Part shown: positions 18,170 through 25,041 of the stretch, one piece after another
Position numbering within the stretch: position 1 is the stretch's first letter
Layout of the letters: every line of letters begins with the position of its first letter
Assembly (NCBI GenBank): GCA_964638395.1
Contig: CAZWZZ010000001.1
Location: 17,450 to 53,721 of the forward strand
Origin: an uncultured Caldilineaceae bacterium
GTDB lineage: Bacteria; Chloroflexota; Anaerolineae; 4572-78; J111
DNA length: 36,272 nucleotides
Direction of reading: 5' to 3'
The notes under the pieces: generated by a model
Databases searched by the model: none
Told to the model about the DNA's origin: nothing
Seen by the model: the letters and a program-made list of their open reading frames with translations, nothing else
Program-made: the position numbers and the translations under genes

Positions 18170-20278
18170 ATGCCAGAAATGATCATTACAAAAATTCTTT
18201 TGATTGGTGGAGCCATTTACCTAAGCACAAAAACACACCTCTTTCACAAAAAAAATAATTTGGCGACTGTTTTAACGTCTCCTGATAAACCACAAACTCC
18301 CGTAAAACATACTGACACATTGACCACTTTGCTACCATCTCGATTTAGGGCATTATTAGAAAGTGATGAACAGACAGAAGAGGAGCAAATAGTCAACCAT
18401 TATCTTGTTGTTTCAGTTGCGGCAACAGGATTAGCGGCCCTGGGTGGTCTATTTTATGCTCCATTGTCGGTAGCTAGTTTGCCGTTGAGTATCTATACCT
18501 GTGTACCAATTTACCAAATTGCCTACCAAGCCTTGGTTAAAGAGGGGCGGCTCCGAGCAGAATTTGTCGATGCTATCGCGCTTACAGGAATATTTTTTAC
18601 GAGATATTACTTCGCTTTAGCTTTAGGCTCAGTCCTTTATTTTACGGGAAGTAAATTTATGTTGAGAACCGAGGATAACTCCCGTAAAAATCTGACCAAC
18701 CTATTTGGTGAGCAACCCCGTATGGTCTGGCGGGTCGTGGATGGGGTAGAGGTGGAAACGCCGTTTGAAGCCCTCAGACCGGGAGATGTTATTGTGGTCA
18801 ATGCCGGGGAGATGGTGCCGGTTGATGGTCGCATTGTGGAGGGGCATGGCTCACTCGATCAACATAAGCTGACCGGTGAATCCCAACCGGCGGAAAAGGG
18901 GCCGGCAGACCCAGTGTTTGCGGCTACCGTTCTGCTTGCCGGTCGGCTTTATATCCAAATCGAAAAGGCTGGCTCGGAAACGGTGGCGGCCCAAATTGGC
19001 GAGATATTGAATCGCACCACCGATTTCAAAAGCCTGATTGAAGCCCGTAGCCAGAAGTTGGCCGATCAGTTGGTTCTCCCGACTCTCGGTGTCGGTACTT
19101 TGGCCCTGTTAAGCCGGGGTCTGGTTGGTGGGGTGGCAGCCATCTCAGCCAACTTTTCCGACGTGTTCCGCGTCGTCGGCCCCTTGGGTATGCTGAACTT
19201 CCTGCAACTGGCAACCAAAGAGGGCATCTTGATCAAAGATGGCCGCTCGTTGGAACTGCTCAACCAAGTTGATACGGTGGTGTTCGACAAAACCGGCACC
19301 TTGACCCTAGAACAACTCCAAGTCAGCCAGATTCATGCTTGCGGCACCTTTTCCGAAGATGAACTGCTAACCTACGCTGCCACCGCCGAACATCGCCAAA
19401 GCCACCCCATCGCCAAAGCGATTCAACAGGCGGCCATCGAGCGCAACCTCACCTTGCCCCCACTCGATGAGGCCAGTTACGAAGTGGGTTACGGTCTGCG
19501 AGTGCGGATTGGGGCGCACCAGGTACGGGTCGGCAGTGCCAGATTTATGAATCTGGAGCAGATTACCTTACCGGAATCGATTCACCTGGCTCAAACCGAA
19601 GCCGCAGAAAACGGCCATTCGTTGGTCTACCTGGCCGTGGATGACGACTTAGCCGGGGCCATTGAACTCCAGCCGACCATCCGCCCGGAAGCCAAGCAGG
19701 TGATTGCCGACCTCAAGAAACGGGGCCTATCTCTCTATATCATCTCCGGCGACCACGAACAGCCGACCCGCACCCTGGCCGCCGCGTTGAGTATCGATCA
19801 CTATTTTGCCGAGGTTTTGCCGGAGGATAAGGCCAATTTAGTAGCGCAGTTGCAGCAAGCGGGGCGTTGTGTCTGTTTTGTGGGGGATGGCATCAACGAC
19901 TCGATAGCTCTGAAAAAAGCCAATGTTTCCATCTCGATTCGAGGCGCTTCGACCATCGCTACCGACACGGCCCAAATCGTTCTGATGAACCAGAGCTTGA
20001 GCCAACTCGACACGCTGTTTCAGATAGCCCACGACCTCGATACAAATATGAGGAGCAATCTGGTCATCACCTTTGGGCCGGGTCTGTTCTGTGTGGGCGG
20101 CGTTTTCTTTTTACATTTTGGCATCCTGAGCGCCGTCGCGCTTTACAACGTGTCTCTGGTCGCCGGCGTGACCAACGCCATGCTGCCCTGGCTACAGCGT
20201 CACCGGCTGCTGGCCGCGCCGGATAATTCTCAGCAAGTTTCACTTGTACCAAATAATGCGGAGAAAATCAAAATTTGA
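18170..20278 (+). CDS. Divergent P1B-like P-type ATPase, paralogue 4 (intact, 702 aa from ATG 18170)
   Basis: LTGESQPAEK, DKTGTLT, AEHRQSHPIA, ISGDHEQ, VLPEDK, GDGINDSIAL. The CPx position reads AISANFSDVFRVVGP. ATG 18170 (MPEMIITKILLIGGAIYLSTKTH) lies just after the upstream stop; the track start at 18137 is TTG inside the previous gene. Confidence 0.85.
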   Translation: MPEMIITKILLIGGAIYLSTKTHLFHKKNNLATVLTSPDKPQTPVKHTDTLTTLLPSRFRALLESDEQTEEEQIVNHYLVVSVAATGLAALGGLFYAPLSVASLPLSIYTCVPIYQIAYQALVKEGRLRAEFVDAIALTGIFFTRYYFALALGSVLYFTGSKFMLRTEDNSRKNLTNLFGEQPRMVWRVVDGVEVETPFEALRPGDVIVVNAGEMVPVDGRIVEGHGSLDQHKLTGESQPAEKGPADPVFAATVLLAGRLYIQIEKAGSETVAAQIGEILNRTTDFKSLIEARSQKLADQLVLPTLGVGTLALLSRGLVGGVAAISANFSDVFRVVGPLGMLNFLQLATKEGILIKDGRSLELLNQVDTVVFDKTGTLTLEQLQVSQIHACGTFSEDELLTYAATAEHRQSHPIAKAIQQAAIERNLTLPPLDEASYEVGYGLRVRIGAHQVRVGSARFMNLEQITLPESIHLAQTEAAENGHSLVYLAVDDDLAGAIELQPTIRPEAKQVIADLKKRGLSLYIISGDHEQPTRTLAAALSIDHYFAEVLPEDKANLVAQLQQAGRCVCFVGDGINDSIALKKANVSISIRGASTIATDTAQIVLMNQSLSQLDTLFQIAHDLDTNMRSNLVITFGPGLFCVGGVFFLHFGILSAVALYNVSLVAGVTNAMLPWLQRHRLLAAPDNSQQVSLVPNNAEKIKI

Positions 20279-20449
20279 CCTCAACTCACACCAAAGAAAT
20301 CGCCGTGATTGGATTAGGCTGTCGATTTCCGGGTGGTGTGAAAGGGAGTTGCTAACTGTCGGAAAATTTCCGCTGTTGTGTACTACTGCTTATATATCAG
20401 GAAGAAAACAAAATGAATGATGCAGTCCGCTTAGAAGATAATAAAATAA
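20201..20449 (+). repeat. 249-bp direct repeat, copy B (identical to 11794..12042)
   Basis: Covers the last 26 codons of ATPase paralogue 4, the KS remnant, an intergenic stretch and 12 codons of MNDAVRLEDNKI. Confidence 0.95.
20275..20355 (+). pseudogene. Remnant of a type-I polyketide ketosynthase 5' end (copy B)
   Basis: Same 81 nt as 11868..11948. TTG overlaps the ATPase TGA stop. (M)TSTHTKEIAVIGLGCRFPGGVKGSC*. Confidence 0.55.
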
Positions 20450-20458
20450 TTGTGATTT

Positions 20459-20540
20459 TGTCATTGCGAGCGTAGCGAAGCAATCCCCCCGTGCGGGCCG
20501 AAGATTGCTTCGTCGCCGATCACGGCTCTTCGCAATGACA
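20459..20540. mobile_element. MITE-like nested palindromic element
   Basis: Outer arms TGTCATTGCGA (20459-20469) / TCGCAATGACA (20530-20540). Inner arms CGAAGCAATC / GATTGCTTCG. Sits 10 nt past the point where repeat copy B diverges from copy A. Confidence 0.5.
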
Positions 20541-20742
20541 ATAACCGCGAAAAACTTAATTTACGCTGTATTAATGACCCGTCCTCAGCTAATTAGACGT
20601 TTTTTGGACGGTTAGATTTTATTAATAATACGGGTTGTTCTAAAAACAACTCATCTTGGGCTTTATGGAGTATTATGTTTGTCAATAATCAGTCAGGGGC
20701 AGCAAAAATACTTTTCTATGATCGTCACGGAAGCGATATATT

Positions 20743-22914
20743 ATGGCCTTTTTGTCTCTAAGCGTCATTGGCGGAGCCGCTTTGGCGGGTGCCGTCTTAA
20801 AATTTCAAAACAGAAAAAAATCATTACTGATCGAATGTTTGTCCGAAGAACGGTATAGCAAATCAGAAACCGGCTTACTCGGCGGACGACTGCCTAGCTC
20901 GATAGAGATAGATGATAAACTCCAACGATTTTTTCAGAAACGGATTGATCCGTTGTTTGGAGATAATCGTAAGGAGCAGCTTAAAACTCTAAGTGACAGC
21001 CAGCTATTAGAGATCAGTCAAACCGAAAAAGAGGTTAATCGCTTTTTCCCGTTATCTGTGGCGGCGTTGGGGCTAAGTGTGATGGGGGCGTTTCTCTTCA
21101 ATCCTTTGCTCATCGGAGCTTCAGCTATTGGTATCTTTTGTACCGTACAAATTTGTCAACAAGGCTACGAAGAATGGCGAACCGAAAAACGGCTTAAAAT
21201 CATCCACCTGACCGGTTTGTATTGTACCGGCGTGTGGTTAGGCGGTTTTTATGTGGCCGGTTCGTTAGCTATGGTCCTGCACACGATCAGCGAAAAACTG
21301 GTAATCATCACCCAAAATCGCTCTCGAAAAAGTTTCATTAATGTTTTTGGGCAACACCCTAAGTCGGTATGGGTCCTCTGTGATGGGGTTGAAGTTCAAA
21401 TACCGTTTGAGCGCTTAAAAAAAGGAGACATTTTAGTCCTGCATGCCGGTGAAACGATTCCCTCTGATGGAACAATCATTCAGGGGCAAGCCCTGGTTGA
21501 CCAACATAAGTTAACCGGCGAAGCCCAACCTGCCGAGAAAACAGTGGCCGACCCTGTCTTGGCCTCGACCGTCCTCCTGGCCGGAACGATTCAAGTTCGG
21601 GTCGAAAAAGCCGGGTCTGAAACAATCGCGGCTCAAATCGGCCAAATTCTCAACAATACCGCCGATTATCAAGCTGTGTTAGAAGCCGAAGCTTTGGAAA
21701 TCTGCAATAAGACTGTCTTACCTTCCCTGGCTTTAAGCATGTTAGTTTTCCCTGTGTTTGGCTTACAACGGGCCGTTGCCATTCTGGGCGCTAACTATGG
21801 GAGCAATTTATCTATTTTAGGCCCAATGAGTATGTTGAACTTCTTGAACATTGCTTCGGAAAAAGGGATTTTGATAAAAGACGGGCGCGTTTTAGAACGG
21901 TTAAAAACGATAGACACCGTTGTCTTTGACAAAACCGGAACCTTAACTGAAGAAAAATCGACCATTACCCAAATTTACAGTTACAGCGATATGAGTCCGC
22001 AGGAGATACTAACGTTGGCCGCCGCAGCCGAGTATAAGCAAACCCATCCGATTGCCAAAGCTATTCTTGAGGCGGCTGAGACAAATAACCTGGAGATTCC
22101 TCCGATTGATCAGGCCCATTACGAAATCGGCTATGGCATCAAAGTCCAATGTTTGGAACAACGGATTTGGGTGGGGAGCTATCGGTTTATGACCCTGGAA
22201 GGCTTAACCATACCGCCAGAGTTAGAAGCCCAACAAACGTTTTGTAAAACGCAAGGCCATCCACTGGTTCTGGTAGGAGTTGATGGCCAGGTGGTCGGTG
22301 CGATTGAATTGGAGCCGGCTATTCGGCCAGAAACTAAAGAGCTGGTGGCCAATCTTCGGGCACGTAATCTGTCGCTCTATATTATCTCGGGCGACCACGA
22401 AGAACCAACCCGTAATCTGGCTCAAACGCTTGGCCTGGATGGTTATTTTGCCAACACCTTGCCCCAACAAAAAGAGGAGTTAATCCAACAGTTGCAACAA
22501 ACGGGCCATAAAGTCTGTTTTGTCGGAGATGGGATCAATGACGCCTTAGCCTTAAAGCGGGCTGAGGTCTCTATCTCATTACGGGGCGCGACCAGCGCGG
22601 CCACCGATACGGCCCAAATTGTATTTATGGATGGCAGCCTGAAGCAATTGCCTGAATTATTTCACCTTGCTGAGTCCTTAAACCAAAATAATCGAACAAA
22701 TATTGCCACAATTGCGGCGGCCAGTGCCCTGTGTGGGGTCGGGATTCTATATTTTGGCTTCGGGATTACCTTTGCCGAGGTATTATTTTGCTCCAGTGTC
22801 GTGGTCGGCTTAGGGGTGACCACCAAGCCGCTACTTGACCATAGAAAGAGATTAGAAGCGGGTGACCAGACGCTTTATCTGGCTGAGAAGACATACCGGG
22901 AGTTAAAAATTTGA
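20743..22914 (+). CDS. Divergent P1B-like P-type ATPase, paralogue 5 (intact, 723 aa)
   Basis: LTGEAQPAEK, DKTGTLT, AEYKQTHPIA, ISGDHEE, TLPQQK, GDGINDALAL. The CPx position reads ILGANYGSNLSILGP. The N-terminal helix LSVIGGAALAGAVLKFQNRKK matches the family pattern. Confidence 0.85.
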   Translation: MAFLSLSVIGGAALAGAVLKFQNRKKSLLIECLSEERYSKSETGLLGGRLPSSIEIDDKLQRFFQKRIDPLFGDNRKEQLKTLSDSQLLEISQTEKEVNRFFPLSVAALGLSVMGAFLFNPLLIGASAIGIFCTVQICQQGYEEWRTEKRLKIIHLTGLYCTGVWLGGFYVAGSLAMVLHTISEKLVIITQNRSRKSFINVFGQHPKSVWVLCDGVEVQIPFERLKKGDILVLHAGETIPSDGTIIQGQALVDQHKLTGEAQPAEKTVADPVLASTVLLAGTIQVRVEKAGSETIAAQIGQILNNTADYQAVLEAEALEICNKTVLPSLALSMLVFPVFGLQRAVAILGANYGSNLSILGPMSMLNFLNIASEKGILIKDGRVLERLKTIDTVVFDKTGTLTEEKSTITQIYSYSDMSPQEILTLAAAAEYKQTHPIAKAILEAAETNNLEIPPIDQAHYEIGYGIKVQCLEQRIWVGSYRFMTLEGLTIPPELEAQQTFCKTQGHPLVLVGVDGQVVGAIELEPAIRPETKELVANLRARNLSLYIISGDHEEPTRNLAQTLGLDGYFANTLPQQKEELIQQLQQTGHKVCFVGDGINDALALKRAEVSISLRGATSAATDTAQIVFMDGSLKQLPELFHLAESLNQNNRTNIATIAAASALCGVGILYFGFGITFAEVLFCSSVVVGLGVTTKPLLDHRKRLEAGDQTLYLAEKTYRELKI

Positions 22915-24038
22915 CAGTACTCACGTCCAATCCCATCCGGGTTGACCAACAAAAAATCTATCGCGTCGCCCAGGCTCTGTTACAAGTTCCCACCCCGGAG
23001 AATAGCCAACCGTGGAAAATCATCATCGATGATAACCGGCTTAAGATTTTTCACTCCTCTGAACGGGCTAAACTGGCCACATTTCCTGATGATTTATCGG
23101 TCATGGGGCTGGGGATGTTGCTGGAAACGTTAGAGTTAGCTTGTAGTCAGGAGGCGTTGGCCGTCCATACAACCCTGTTCCTGGAAGATCGGTCTGATGC
23201 TTCTCCCTGGCTAAAGGCGGAACTCAACCCTGCCCAGACAACGCCCGACCCTTTGAGCCTGGCTATCTATCTACGCCACACCGACCGCCGTAAATATGTC
23301 GGGGGAACGCTCAACGATCCAGTCTTTCAAGAAGTTCATCGTCAGGCCGGGACCAATCAGGGGGCGAATATCTATTTTATCGACCGGTACCCTGACGAAT
23401 ATTTACAGCTCTTGAAAAACGCCGACCAGAAAGTAATGGAATGGGACGAGTTACGCCAGGATTTAATGCGTTGGACCCGCTTCACCGATAAACAGATCGC
23501 CGCCTCCAGAGACGGTATGTCCTGGCGAAGTTTTTTACGCGGGCCGGAAAACTGGGTCTATTATCTTCGTTCCCGAGTCTGGTGGGCTGCGACTCATTTC
23601 GATTGGTATCCAGATTGGTTATATCGTTTCGAGACAACCTTTTTCGATGACTCCTCAGAGTTATCCCCCATAAGTTATGACGATGGGGCCGGCATCGGTT
23701 GTATTACCACGGCCTCAGATGATAGTAAAGATTTAATAGCCGCGGGGCGGCTTTCTTTGAGGGTCTGGCTCTTATTTAATCTAACCGGTTATGGGTTTCA
23801 ACCCCTGACCAACCTGACCAGCACCATCTATCCCTTTCACCAGGGTCGATTGAAGATACCGTCCCACCTTATTCCTTTGGTGGCTAGCGGGTACGAAACA
23901 TTACAACAAGTCTTTGGCTTCTCTAACCAGGAACTCCCCATTTTTTGCTTCCGGGTTGGGGTCGCTATGGGGAAATATCCAAACAACGCCAGAGCTTTAC
24001 GACGTGATGATAGACACATCATCTACAAAAAATCGTGA
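22911..24038 (+). CDS. Nitroreductase-superfamily protein, Acg-like
   Basis: VPTPENSQPWKIIIDDNRLKIF resembles the APSxHNxQPW motif of nitroreductase/Acg-type FMN proteins. The ~375-aa size fits a double-domain Acg-like protein. The TTG start overlaps the ATPase stop (TTGA). Confidence 0.5.
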   Translation: MTVLTSNPIRVDQQKIYRVAQALLQVPTPENSQPWKIIIDDNRLKIFHSSERAKLATFPDDLSVMGLGMLLETLELACSQEALAVHTTLFLEDRSDASPWLKAELNPAQTTPDPLSLAIYLRHTDRRKYVGGTLNDPVFQEVHRQAGTNQGANIYFIDRYPDEYLQLLKNADQKVMEWDELRQDLMRWTRFTDKQIAASRDGMSWRSFLRGPENWVYYLRSRVWWAATHFDWYPDWLYRFETTFFDDSSELSPISYDDGAGIGCITTASDDSKDLIAAGRLSLRVWLLFNLTGYGFQPLTNLTSTIYPFHQGRLKIPSHLIPLVASGYETLQQVFGFSNQELPIFCFRVGVAMGKYPNNARALRRDDRHIIYKKS

Positions 24039-24900
24039 ATCGACGTTTCTGAACAGATATAGGAGAAGAAAAATCGTAGCCGCAAACAAACAACAGCTAA
24101 AATATGGTGCATTTTATATTCAGGACAACTTAGCTTGCTGGAATGGAGATCCGGACGTTCAGATAAAGCTAACCCAAAGCCCCTCAGTGAGCTGTCAATG
24201 GGAGGGGGTTTGGAACCCTTGTCACAGGCCATTACAAACAGAATATCGGGTTGCCATGAGTGGCCTTTGTATCTGGAGTAAATATGATTGTCTGTTACAG
24301 TTTAAGCCAAGAAGCAAAGGCAACCCGGGGGCCATACGCTCGTTGAGTAACCCGAAAGACCGGGCGGATTTGTTCAAACGATTGGAGAAAGGGTATGAAG
24401 TTGAACAGATTATTGTCGCCAATAATCCTTTCGGACTGTATCAGTCCAAATTAATTACCTGGCAAGCTGATACTGTACAACGATTTAAAATTAGCAAACT
24501 GTATTATACCCTGCCGATTGAAGAATATGCGGAGGTTATTAGGTTCTTTGAAAAATTTCTACCTCAACGGTTTGTCGAACAATTAGTTGAGATATTAAAT
24601 AGCCATCACGATCAATTAGAGGAAAAAATCCGTCGAGAAATGGAAGCCAACGTCTGCTTTGTCCATCCCCTCCGCTATGATAGTCAGTTGTCTGTCATAG
24701 AATCTTACACCTGGCCCTATCAAAATTTTGATGACATCGAGTTAGGCATCGAAGAGATGGAGGAAATACGGATTCCCTATCAGGTTCTACAAACCGGCTC
24801 AACCGTTCCGCCCATCTTGTTGGGGATGCTGGGGACACCCTGTCCTTATTATGTCCGCCGCAATCTGCACGAGGATGATTACATAAAAATTATTCCTTGA
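24007..24900 (+). CDS. Hypothetical protein (297 aa), no recognisable motif
   Basis: Long ORF in the same orientation. ATG 24007 overlaps the upstream gene by 32 nt, whereas the track start at 23914 would overlap by 125 nt. Confidence 0.5.
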   Translation: MIDTSSTKNRESTFLNRYRRRKIVAANKQQLKYGAFYIQDNLACWNGDPDVQIKLTQSPSVSCQWEGVWNPCHRPLQTEYRVAMSGLCIWSKYDCLLQFKPRSKGNPGAIRSLSNPKDRADLFKRLEKGYEVEQIIVANNPFGLYQSKLITWQADTVQRFKISKLYYTLPIEEYAEVIRFFEKFLPQRFVEQLVEILNSHHDQLEEKIRREMEANVCFVHPLRYDSQLSVIESYTWPYQNFDDIELGIEEMEEIRIPYQVLQTGSTVPPILLGMLGTPCPYYVRRNLHEDDYIKIIP

Positions 24901-24947
24901 GCCACTGTGTCAAACCGATTATGCATAATTCAGTAGACCGTAACCGC

Positions 24948-24996
24948 GCATCCTGGGTAAACTGAGGAACGAGGTTGTATCGAAGGGTGCTGCGCT
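24948..24996. repeat. Solo half-copy related to the left arm of the palindromic element at 32893-33007
   Basis: GCATCCTGGGTA...GTATCGAAGGGTGCTGC versus GCATCCCGAGTA...GTATCGAGGGGTGCGGC, with similar spacing (29 vs 33 nt). Confidence 0.35.
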
Positions 24997-25041
24997 CTAC
25001 CGATAATAGATTCTTAAATAATAATAAAACGGAACATAAAA

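Noticed and set aside
20256-20412. ATG-initiated ORF MRRKSKFDLNSHQRNRRDW... overlapping the ATPase 4 3' end
   Set aside because: It is in a different frame from the KS-like motif and has no recognisable similarity. The KS signature is only read in the TTG (20275) frame.
655-22914. Heavy-metal resistance island, the default annotation for P1B ATPases
   Set aside because: There is no CPx motif, no CxxC or His-rich metal-binding domain, no MerR/ArsR/CsoR regulator, and no chaperone or multicopper oxidase. The neighbours are biosynthetic enzymes.
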